Assembly (NCBI GenBank): GCA_963770325.1
Contig: CAVYPF010000003.1
Location: 52,439 to 116,438 of the forward strand
Reading direction: 5' to 3'
DNA: 64,000 nt
Source of the DNA: an uncultured Thermoleophilaceae bacterium
GTDB lineage: Bacteria; Actinomycetota; Thermoleophilia; Solirubrobacterales; Thermoleophilaceae
Under the pieces are notes generated by a model. The model was not told the DNA's origin and made no database searches. It saw only the letters and a list, made by a program, of their open reading frames with translations. Below are positions 26,120-34,394 of the stretch, piece by piece (position 1 is the stretch's first letter; every line of letters starts with the position of its first letter). The translations under genes and the position numbers were made by a program.

Positions 26120-28117
26120 AGCGACCGTCAACCGCGCCTGCCCGAGCCCGACCGGCCGTGGGTGATGCGCACCTACGCCGGCCATTCGACCGCACGCGAG
26201 TCGAACGAGCTCTACCGAAAGAACCTGGAAAAGGGGCAGACCGGCCTGTCCGTGGCCTTCGACCTGCCCACGCAGACGGGCTACGACCCAGATCACGAGC
26301 TCTCGCGGGGCGAGGTGGGCAAGGTCGGCGTGTCGATCGCGCACAAGGGCGACATGCACACGCTGCTCGACGGCATCCCGCTCGACGAGATGAACACGTC
26401 GATGACGATCAACGCCACCGCCGCGTGGCTGCTCGCGCTCTACCTGACCGTGGCCGAGGAGAACGGCGTGGATCGCGGCCTCCTCCAGGGGACCACCCAG
26501 AACGACATCATCAAGGAGTTCCTCTCGCGCGGCACCTACGCGTTCCCGCCCGGCCCCTCGATGCGGCTGATCGCGGACATGATCGCCTTCACGGTCGACG
26601 AGGTGCCGAAGTGGAACCCGATCAACATCTGCTCCTACCACCTGCAGGAGGCCGGGGCCACGCCGGTGCAGGAGATCGCCTTCACGATGGCCACGGCGAT
26701 GGCGGTGCTCGACGAGGTGCGCAAGCGCGTGTCCGAGGAGACCTTCCCGCGCGTGTTCGGGCGCATCTCGTTCTTCGTGAACGCGGGCATCCGCTTCATC
26801 GAGGAGCACGCGAAGCTGCGCGCGATGGGCCAGCTGTGGGAGGAGCTCGGGCGCAAGCGCTACGGCGTGGACGACGAGCGCTTCCTGCGCTTCCGCTACG
26901 GCGTGCAGGTGAACTCGCTGGGCCTGACCGAGGCGCAGCCGGAGAACAACGTGATCCGGATCGTGCTCGAGGCGCTCGGCGTGACGATCGGGCGCGACGC
27001 GCGCGCCCGCGCGCTGCAGCTTCCCGCCTGGAACGAGGCGCTCGGGCTGCCGCGGCCGTGGGACCAGCAGTGGTCGCTGCGGATCCAGCAGATCCTCGCC
27101 TACGAGACCGACCTGCTCGAGTACCCCGACATCTTCGAGGGCTCGAAGGTGATGGACGGGCTGGTGGCGGAGCTCGTCGAGGGCTCGCGGCGCTGAGATG
27201 GCGATCGTGGCCGAGCACGGCGGCGCGGTGGAGGCCGTCTCCTACATGAAGACGCAGCTGGTGGAGTCGCACCGGGCGCGCGTGGCCGCGATCGAGAGCG
27301 GCGCGCACAAGGTCATCGGCCAGAACGTGTTCACCAGCTCCGAGCCCTCGCCGCTCCAGGAGGGCGAGGACGGCGGCATCCTGCACGTGGACGCGGCCGT
27401 GGAGCAGGGCCAGATCGACGCGGTGGCCGAGTGGTCGAAGCAGCGTGACCAGGCCGCGGTGGACGCCGCGCTGGAAGAGCTAGGCGCCGCCGCGCGCGAC
27501 GAGTCGCAGAACATCATGCCCCCCACGCTGGCCGCTGCCGCCGCCGGCGCCACCACCGGCGAATGGGCGGGCGCGCTGCGGGCACGTGTTCGGTGAGTAC
27601 CGCGCCCCCACGGGCGTGGCCGACGCCGCCTCGGCGCCCGACGACGAGGCGCTCTCCGAGCTGCGCGACAAGGTCGAGCGGGTGTCGGAGAAGCTCGGCC
27701 GGCGGCTGAAGATCCTCGTGGGCAAGCCGGGCCTCGACGGCCACTCGAACGGCGCCGAGCAGATCGCGGTGCGGGCGCGCGACGCCGGCATGGACGTGGT
27801 CTACGAGGGCATCCGCCTCACCCCCAGCCGCATCGCTGCAGGCCGCGGTACAGGAGGGCGTGCACGTGGTCGGGCTGTCGATCCTGTCGGGCTCCCACCT
27901 GGAGCTGATCCCGGACGTGATCAAGGAGCTGCGTGACGCGGGCGTTGACGTGCCCGTGGTGGTCGGCGGGATCATCCCCGAGGCCGACGCCGAGAAGCTG
28001 CTCGCGCTCGGCGTCCAGCGCGTCTACACCCCCAAGGACTTCGAGATCAGCCGGATCATGGGGGACATCGTGGACCTGGTGGCGGAGCGCAACGGCGTGA
28101 CCGCGGCCGCGGCTTAG
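26117..28117 (+). pseudogene. ecm: Ethylmalonyl-CoA mutase-type B12-dependent acyl-CoA mutase (catalytic + B12-binding domains), interrupted by 3 frameshifts as written
   Basis: Four consecutive track ORFs (25862-27196, 27198-27596, 27586-27936, 27860-28117) together read as one MCM-family protein (PWVMRTYAGHS..TINATA.., ..VFGEYRAPTG.., ..KPGLDGHSNGAEQIA.., ..VVGLSILSGSH..). Breaks lie at ~27190, the GGG run 27580-27582 and the C5 run 27821-27825. Called ecm because of the ccr/meaB neighbours. Confidence 0.8.
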
Positions 28118-29075
28118 TTGCCGGACGGGGCTGAGCTCGGCCGCAGGCTGCGCGAGGGCGACCGCTCGGCCGCGCCCGCGGCCCTCAACCTGATCGAGGA
28201 CCGCTCGGCGAGTGGACGCGAGCGGGCGCTCGAGCTGCTCGAGGGGGTGTCGCCCGCGCTCATTGGGAGGTGAGCCGCCGGCACACGTGATCGGGCTCAC
28301 CGGGCCGCCCGGGGCCGGCAAGTCGTCGCTGCTCTCGGCGCTGGTCGCCGCCTGGCGGGGCGACGGCCGCACCGTGGCCGTTCTGGCGGTCGATCCTTCC
28401 TCGAAGCGGTCCGGCGGCTCGCTGCTCGGCGACCGCGCGCGCATCGAGCACGACCCGAAGGACGACGGCGTGCTGATCCGCTCGACCGCGGCCGGCGGCA
28501 CGGCTGGGCGGCCTTGCGCCGCCCACCCGCGAGGCGGCGGAGGCGCTGGCGCCGGCGTTCGACATCGTGGTGATCGAGACGGTGGGCGTGGGACAGTCTG
28601 AGACCGACGTCGAGCAGGTCTGCGACACCACCGCCGTGGTGGTACAGCCGGCCTCCGGCGACACGCTCCAGTTCCTGAAGGCCGGGATCATGGAGGTGCC
28701 GGACGTGCTGGTGGTTACGAAGGCCGATCTGGGCGACCCCCGCGCTGCGCGCCCAGCGGGACCTGGCGGCGGCGCTGCGCTCGCTCGGCAAGCGCGACAC
28801 GCCGGTGGTGGCGGTGTCGTCGATTCCGCCCCCGGCTGGGATCGACGAGCTGGTGGCGGCACTCGAGGCTCATCGCGAGGCGCTCGACCTGCCGGCCAGG
28901 CGCGCGCAGCTCCAGGCGCCTGGCGGCGCTGTCCGAGTTCACGGCCGAGCGGGGCGAGCGGGCGCTGCGGGCGCTCGGGGGGCGCCGCGAGACGGAGCGG
29001 TTCCTCGCCGAGCAGAGCTCGGGGCTCGGCGTGCGCGAGCTGGTGGAGCTTCTGGAGGACCGCTCCGGGGGCTAG
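28118..29075 (+). pseudogene. meaB: MeaB/ArgK-type G3E GTPase (mutase chaperone), interrupted by 4 frameshifts as written
   Basis: Own multi-frame reading gives GLTGPPGAGKSS, DPSS..SGGSLLGDR, ETVGVGQSE, VVTKADL and ..PVVAVSS... Breaks lie at GGG 28265-28267, ~28497-28502, C5 28737-28741 and ~28915-28921. TTG start directly after the ecm stop. Confidence 0.8.
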
Positions 29076-29461
29076 TCGTCGTGCTCGACGGACTGGATCG
29101 CGTCCTCGGAGAGGGCGATCGCGACCGCGTGAGCGCGCGTGCGGGCGTCTAGCTTGCGGAGGATGTTCTTGATGTGAGTGCGCACCGTGTGCGGGCTCAC
29201 GTGCAGGTGCAGCGCGACCTCCTCGGTGGGAGTGCCGTGAGCGATCTGCTCGAGCACGGCCAGCTCACGCTCCGACAGACTGTCGGAGCGCCTGGAGGTT
29301 GGCGCGCTGCGGCCCTCGTGCGGACGCCTCTCCGACGCCCGACCGCTGCGTGTGACCCTCCCGGTCGCCGCTCGATCGCTCGAACCCTGCACTTCGGACA
29401 ACATACCGAAGAGCTCGGCCATTGGCGCATTCACGTTCAGAGGGCTATCCCACGTGTACAT
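29072..29461 (-). CDS. Small LuxR-family HTH protein
   Basis: C-terminal LSERELAVLEQIAHGTPTEEVALHLHVSPHTVRTHIKNILRKL. N-terminal start uncertain (29461, 29422 or 29545). Confidence 0.7.
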   Translation of the reverse strand: MYTWDSPLNVNAPMAELFGMLSEVQGSSDRAATGRVTRSGRASERRPHEGRSAPTSRRSDSLSERELAVLEQIAHGTPTEEVALHLHVSPHTVRTHIKNILRKLDARTRAHAVAIALSEDAIQSVEHDD

Positions 29462-29735
29462 AGCCGACCGCCTCTCCGGGGGCGTGAACCCGCCGCGCGA
29501 CCTGGTTTCCGCTGTTGCCCGGCGAGACCGGCCGGTGGGGCCCAATGGACGATCGTCCGAGTTCGGCTACCCCGATCACGGGATACGGGCGCGCGCGGCC
29601 GTCGTCGATACACCTCCTGGCCCGGAGCGCTGGGCCACGGTTCGCGGCGAAGCCCGAACTCGCCCTCCTCTTTGATCCGTCCCTCCCTGGCAGGGGATTT
29701 TTGGTTCGACACCTCAAAGAAGGAGCTGCCCGTCC

Positions 29736-30545
29736 ATGCACCCCGACAAGAGTCGCCGCCGCATATCTCCTGACGACGCTCTGGCGTTGTGGCAGGAACA
29801 TCGCCAGAGCGGAGATCAGAGTTTGCGCGACCGCTTGATCATGACCCACGCGCCGCTCGTGAAGTACATCGTCTACAAGAAGATCCGCGAGCTTCCGGCA
29901 CGCTGCGAGGTTGAGGACTTCATGTCGTGCGGGCTCGAGGCGTTGATCAACTCGATCGATCGCTACGACCCGCAGAAGGGCGCAACGCTCGAGCAGTTCG
30001 CATGGACTCGAATCCACGGTGCCGTGCTGGACGAGCTGCGCCGCCAGGACTGGGCGCCCCGTTCGCTCCGGCGCTGGGAGCGTGACATCGCCAAGGCGCG
30101 GGAGAACTTCAACGTGCTCCACGACCGGCGGCCGACGCGCGAGGAGCTGGCAGAGGCGCTGTCGACCACCCCGGAGGAGCTCGCCACCCGCGAGCAGGAG
30201 ATCGCCACCTCCGAGCTGACCTCACTCAACACGCTCGTGGTCAGCGACGAGGAGACCAACGTCGAGCGGATCGACACGCTCGTGTCCGAGGACACGAGCG
30301 TCGAGCCCGAGTCGGGCGCGGTTACCACAGCCGCCAAGGAGCGCTTCCGCGAGGCGTTCGCGAAGCTGCCCGACCGCGAGCGCGAGATGGCCGTCCTGCT
30401 CTACGTGAAGAACCTCACCCTACGCGAGGTCGGCGACGTCCTCGGCGTCTCCGAGAGCCGCGTCTGCCAGATCCACAGCGGGCTGAAGAAGAAGCTCAAG
30501 GAAGAGCTGGCCGTGCATGCGGTGCTCTTTGTAGAAGCGGCATAG
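29736..30545 (+). CDS. RNA polymerase sigma factor, FliA/WhiG (sigma-28) family
   Basis: Region 2 (..YDPQKGATLEQFAWTRIHGAVLDELRRQDWAPRSLR..) and region 4 (LTLREVGDVLGVSESRVCQIHS). AAGGAG lies 10 nt upstream of the ATG. Confidence 0.85.
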   Translation: MHPDKSRRRISPDDALALWQEHRQSGDQSLRDRLIMTHAPLVKYIVYKKIRELPARCEVEDFMSCGLEALINSIDRYDPQKGATLEQFAWTRIHGAVLDELRRQDWAPRSLRRWERDIAKARENFNVLHDRRPTREELAEALSTTPEELATREQEIATSELTSLNTLVVSDEETNVERIDTLVSEDTSVEPESGAVTTAAKERFREAFAKLPDREREMAVLLYVKNLTLREVGDVLGVSESRVCQIHSGLKKKLKEELAVHAVLFVEAA

Positions 30546-30554
30546 TCCGCGCCT

Positions 30555-31109
30555 CTACGCCGCCAGCAGCTGCTCGGCCTCGGCCAGCTGCTCCGGCGTG
30601 TTCACGCTCAGCACCAGCCGTGCTGGCAGCGCCACACGGGTCGGGTCGAGCCCTTCGACCGTTTGTGTCAGCGGAGCGTCGGCCGGCGCCGCGCGGAGCA
30701 CGTCGAGCGCCGCTGGCGCGTAGATCCCGAAGGTCGGCTGCAACACGCCGTCGGCCGCGGCCACCACGGCAACCGACTTCTGCGGCGCCGTCATCAGCGA
30801 GCGGCAGGCGTCCGGCGTGACGAAGGGCATGTCCGCCGCACAGACGAGCACCGGCTCCCCGGCCTGCTCGAGTGCGTGCAGGATGCCGGTCAGCGGGTGG
30901 CGCGGCTCGTCGGGCTCCTCCCAGCGCTCGGCGCCCGGCAGATCCGGCAGCTCGCTGTCTCGCTTGCAGACGAGCACCACCCGCTCACAGACCGAGCCGA
31001 GAGCCTCCACCGGATAGGAGACGAGTGGCCGCCCGGCCAGCAGCGCGGACGGCTTGCTGCCCGCTCCGAGCCGGCGGCCGGCGCCGCCCGCGAGCACCGC
31101 GCCGATCAC
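30555..31109 (-). CDS. mobA: Molybdenum cofactor guanylyltransferase
   Basis: MIGAVLAGGAGRRLG.. N-terminus and ..VCAADMPF.. motif. Confidence 0.85.
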   Translation of the reverse strand: MIGAVLAGGAGRRLGAGSKPSALLAGRPLVSYPVEALGSVCERVVLVCKRDSELPDLPGAERWEEPDEPRHPLTGILHALEQAGEPVLVCAADMPFVTPDACRSLMTAPQKSVAVVAAADGVLQPTFGIYAPAALDVLRAAPADAPLTQTVEGLDPTRVALPARLVLSVNTPEQLAEAEQLLAA

Positions 31110-31149
31110 GAGCCGTCCCTCCTGGACACACGGCTATGCTGCCACACGC

Positions 31150-32127
31150 GTGGGCGTGGGCACCTTCATCGGGGTGGGCAAGGCGCTGGAGACCTCGCTT
31201 CAGCGCGTGGCTCGCGCCGAGGAGCTCGGCTACGACTCCGCCTACGTCACGCACATCGCCGGCCGCGACTCGCTGATCGTGCTCGCCGCCTACGCGGCCC
31301 GGAGCGAGCGGATCAAGGTGGGCACCGGCGTGCTCCCGATCTACTCGCGCACGCCCGTGGCCACGGCGCAGGCAGCCGCCACGATCGACGAGCTGTCCCA
31401 GGGGCGCATGGTGCTGGGACTGGGCGTCTCGCACCGGACGGTGGTGGAGAACTGGTACGGCAGCTCGATCGATAAGCCGGTCACGGAGATGCGCGATTAC
31501 GCGGGTGTCGTGCGCGCGATCTTCCGCGGTGAGGACCCGCCGGAGTCGGAGCGCTTCCCCACCAGCTTCCACTTCGTGGGCTACAAGCCCCGCCCCGACC
31601 TGCCGATCTACGTCGCCGCCCTGTCCCCCGCGATGCTCCGCCTCGCGGGCGAGGTCGCCGACGGCGTGATGCTCTGGCTGTGCAATCCCGAGTACATCCG
31701 CGAGGTGGTCGTGCCCGAGGTGAAGACGGGCCGCGAGCGCGCGGGCAAGACGCTCGAGGGCTTCGACATCGTTGCGGCGGTGCCGGCGGCCGTGACGGAC
31801 GACGTCGAGAGCGCGCGAGCCTCGCTGCGCGGCGAGCTGCTCGTGTACTTCACGCTCCCCTTCTACCGCGCGGCGATCGAGCGCTCCGGCTTCGGGGACG
31901 ACATCGCGGCCTTCGACGCCGAGCTGGAGAAGGGCGACAGCAAGGCCGCCGTGGCGGCGATCTCCGACCGCTACCTCGAGCAGCTCGCCGCGATCGGAGA
32001 CCCGACAGAGGCCGCGGCCGCCGTGGAGCGCTACAGGGAGGCCGGCGCCACCTCGCCGTGCATAGGCGCCGTGCCGCGCACCGACTTCGACATCACCCTC
32101 CAAGCCCTCGCCGGCCTGGCCGGCTAG
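31150..32127 (+). CDS. Luciferase-like (LLM class) flavin/F420-dependent oxidoreductase
   Basis: LLM-type TIM-barrel sequence (..AEELGYDSAYVTHI..GTGVLPIYSRTP..LGLGVSH..). GTG at 31150 chosen inside the longer track ORF. Confidence 0.8.
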   Translation: MGVGTFIGVGKALETSLQRVARAEELGYDSAYVTHIAGRDSLIVLAAYAARSERIKVGTGVLPIYSRTPVATAQAAATIDELSQGRMVLGLGVSHRTVVENWYGSSIDKPVTEMRDYAGVVRAIFRGEDPPESERFPTSFHFVGYKPRPDLPIYVAALSPAMLRLAGEVADGVMLWLCNPEYIREVVVPEVKTGRERAGKTLEGFDIVAAVPAAVTDDVESARASLRGELLVYFTLPFYRAAIERSGFGDDIAAFDAELEKGDSKAAVAAISDRYLEQLAAIGDPTEAAAAVERYREAGATSPCIGAVPRTDFDITLQALAGLAG

Positions 32128-32531
32128 CTCGCGAGCGCCGACACTCGAAAGCGACCGTTCTCCCAGACCAGCTCGATCGTCTCGGGCACCTTGGCCTGGC
32201 CGGCCGCGCTCGTCAGCACCTGGGCGGTGGCGCTCTGACCGTTCACGTCGATCCTCTGGATGGCGATGTTGGGGTTCTTCACTCCGTTCGACTCCCGCGC
32301 CAGCGATGCGGGACACGAGATGCCGCCCGCCGCGTTGCGAGCCTGCGTGGAGAAGACCTGCTCGCACAGATCCCGGTAGTTCCGGGTACCCAGATCGTGT
32401 TGGAGAGCCGAAACCGCATCCGCAACGAGTTGAGCAGGGCGCTTGGCCTGCGTCTGGCGCGCGGTGGTGCCGCATGCCACGAGCGGCAGGGCGCAGACCA
32501 CCGAGATCGCAGCGACGATGGTCGCGCGCAT
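32124..32531 (-). CDS. Lipoprotein, hypothetical
   Basis: Lipobox ALPLVAC. 135 aa. Confidence 0.65.
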   Translation of the reverse strand: MRATIVAAISVVCALPLVACGTTARQTQAKRPAQLVADAVSALQHDLGTRNYRDLCEQVFSTQARNAAGGISCPASLARESNGVKNPNIAIQRIDVNGQSATAQVLTSAAGQAKVPETIELVWENGRFRVSALAS

Positions 32532-32545
32532 AGGTCCGGAGCATA

Positions 32546-33163
32546 ATGGGAGATATGGAAGGCTCGGCGAGAGACTCGATAGGGACCGCGTCCAGCTGGC
32601 TGCGCTGTTATCGCTGCTGGTCGCAGAACCTCGAGGTGCAGGTGCACTACGAGGGTGTCCTCAAGGTGGATCCGGAGACGGCCGAGGCCGTCGACCCGGT
32701 CGAGGAGGTGCAGGAGGCCGTGGTCCAGTGCCTCGATTGCCTCCACGACCAGCCCCACCTCAACCTCACCTTCTATGAGGAGAACGGGCGCCGCATCAGC
32801 CGGATCGAGGCGGTCGAGGATCGCTGGGAGCGCATGGTGGCGGGCACCCCGTGGGTGGCGTCATGCACGGTCACCGTGGACAGCGACCAGGTGGAGAGCT
32901 GCTCCGGCCCGGACGCCGCCGACTCGCTCGCGTTCGGCGCCTTCGGCGATCACGGCACGCGCGAGTTCTTCACGCACGTGCGCTTCCACAAGCACGAGGG
33001 CGACCAGATCGTGATCCACATGCTTGTCGAGCTCTACGCGCGCTCCGCCGAGGAGGCCTCCGACGTGCTGGAGGACGCGGCCCGCGGCGAACTCGCGATC
33101 ACGTCGCTCGCCGAGGAGTCACGCCCGCCTGCCGCCTCACTCGGCGGGGGCGACCAGCACTAG
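32546..33163 (+). CDS. Hypothetical protein with N-terminal CxxC...CxxC (zinc-ribbon-like) element
   Basis: CYRC ... CLDC spaced ~40 aa apart, with an acidic C-terminal half. No family recognised. Confidence 0.55.
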   Translation: MGDMEGSARDSIGTASSWLRCYRCWSQNLEVQVHYEGVLKVDPETAEAVDPVEEVQEAVVQCLDCLHDQPHLNLTFYEENGRRISRIEAVEDRWERMVAGTPWVASCTVTVDSDQVESCSGPDAADSLAFGAFGDHGTREFFTHVRFHKHEGDQIVIHMLVELYARSAEEASDVLEDAARGELAITSLAEESRPPAASLGGGDQH

Positions 33164-33170
33164 ATATCGC

Positions 33171-33280
33171 GTGTCGGGTCTCGGGTGTCGGGACCGACTT
33201 CCGCTCGGGCTCCGCTGGCGCAGCAGGTCTCCCGGGTCCATTGGGCGAAGCCCGACACCCGACACCCGACACCCGGCACC
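33171..33280. repeat. Inverted arrays of tandem heptamers (GTGTCGG-like x3 ... CCGACAC x3-4) between convergent genes
   Basis: Left arm 33171-33193 gtgtcgggtctcgggtgtcggga; right arm 33250-33280 gcccgacacccgacacccgacacccggcacc; ~56-nt spacer. Probable bidirectional terminator-like structure. Confidence 0.6.
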
Positions 33281-33282
33281 CC

Positions 33283-33882
33283 TTACAACAGCACTCCCTC
33301 GAGCCTCAGCAAGTACTCCTTGCGCTCGAGGCCACCGGTGTAGCCGCCCAGGGCGCCGCCCGTGCGGACGATGCGGTGGCAGGGCACCACGATCGGCATG
33401 TGGTTCGACCCGAGCGCGTTGCCGGCGGCCCGCACGGCCCGCTCGTTGCCGGCCCTGGTGGCCATGTCGCGGTAGGTGGCCAGCTCGCCGAACGGCACCT
33501 TTGCGGTGGCCTGCAGGATGCGCTGGGTGAAGCCCCGGCTCAGGCTCCAGTCGATCGGCAGCTCGAAGTCGGTGCGCCGTCCCTCGAAGTACTCGGCGAG
33601 CTGCCGGCGCACGTCGTCGAGCCGCCCGGGAGCCTCGAGCACCCGCGGGGACAGCTTCTCGCTCAGCTCGACGAGCAGCGAGTCGGGCTGCTCCCCGCCG
33701 TAGGCCAGCTCCACCAGGCCGTGCTTGGTCCGCGCCGCCAGCAGCTTGCCCAGCGGCGAGTCCACCAGCGCGTAGGCCACGTCCACGAGGCCCTTCTCAG
33801 CAGCTCGCTCGGCGAACCGCTCCGCCGCCCGCGAGCTGTCCGCGGGCAACGCTCCCTTGAGCATCTTCTCGAGCTCGTTCAT
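33283..33882 (-). CDS. ogt: Methylated-DNA-protein-cysteine methyltransferase with N-terminal extension
   Basis: Active site PCHRIV and GGYTGGLERKEYLL. Start overlaps the sigma-gene stop (ATGA). Confidence 0.85.
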   Translation of the reverse strand: MNELEKMLKGALPADSSRAAERFAERAAEKGLVDVAYALVDSPLGKLLAARTKHGLVELAYGGEQPDSLLVELSEKLSPRVLEAPGRLDDVRRQLAEYFEGRRTDFELPIDWSLSRGFTQRILQATAKVPFGELATYRDMATRAGNERAVRAAGNALGSNHMPIVVPCHRIVRTGGALGGYTGGLERKEYLLRLEGVLL

Positions 33883-34349
33883 GACTGCCAGGCCTTTCTG
33901 AGATTCCGTAGTGCTTCGCTGACCCGCTGTCGGGCCGCCTCCTCGGAGGTGCCCAGGACCTCGGCCACGTCCGCGTACGGCAGGTCGGCCGCGAAGCGGT
34001 ACAGCAGAGCCTCCCGCTGCTTCGCGGGGAGGTCACGTGCCGCCGACCACACGTCCGAGCTGCCGTTGAGCGACTGCTCGGCCGCCACCGGGATCTCCGG
34101 CAGCTCCTCCACTGGGAGCGGCCGGCGCTTGCGGGCCCGGAACGTGTCCAACGCCTTGCGGTGCGCGATCGTGAGCACCCACGCCCGCAGGTTCGATCCC
34201 TCCTCCAGCCGCGGATAGGCCCTCAACGCGGACACGAACGTGTCCTGAAAGCAATCCTCGGCGTCGTCGAACCCCACGGTGGCCACCAGGAAGCGGAACA
34301 CCGTGTCGCGCTGATCGTCTAGAAACGTCTGGAACGGCGGAAGGGCCAC
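33879..34349 (-). CDS. ECF-type sigma-70 family factor
   Basis: Region 2 (..DCFQDTFVSALRAY..LRAWVLTIAHRKALD) and region 4 (..LPYADVAEVLGTSEEAARQRVSEAL). Confidence 0.85.
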   Translation of the reverse strand: MALPPFQTFLDDQRDTVFRFLVATVGFDDAEDCFQDTFVSALRAYPRLEEGSNLRAWVLTIAHRKALDTFRARKRRPLPVEELPEIPVAAEQSLNGSSDVWSAARDLPAKQREALLYRFAADLPYADVAEVLGTSEEAARQRVSEALRNLRKAWQS

Positions 34350-34394
34350 GTACTTACAACGCTAACGAGCGCTGAAACGTGAGCCTGCGACCTG

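Noticed and set aside
26117-29075. Programmed ribosomal frameshifting or a genuinely split multi-subunit mutase as an explanation for the ecm/meaB breaks.
   Set aside because: There are seven breaks in two genes, no slippery heptamers or downstream structures, and the breaks fall in the middle of conserved domains. Homopolymer overcall or decay is more parsimonious.
29695-29715. tRNA-like T-loop sequence GGTTCGACACC upstream of the FliA/WhiG-type sigma gene.
   Set aside because: No acceptor, D or anticodon arms can be drawn around it. It is an isolated resemblance only.
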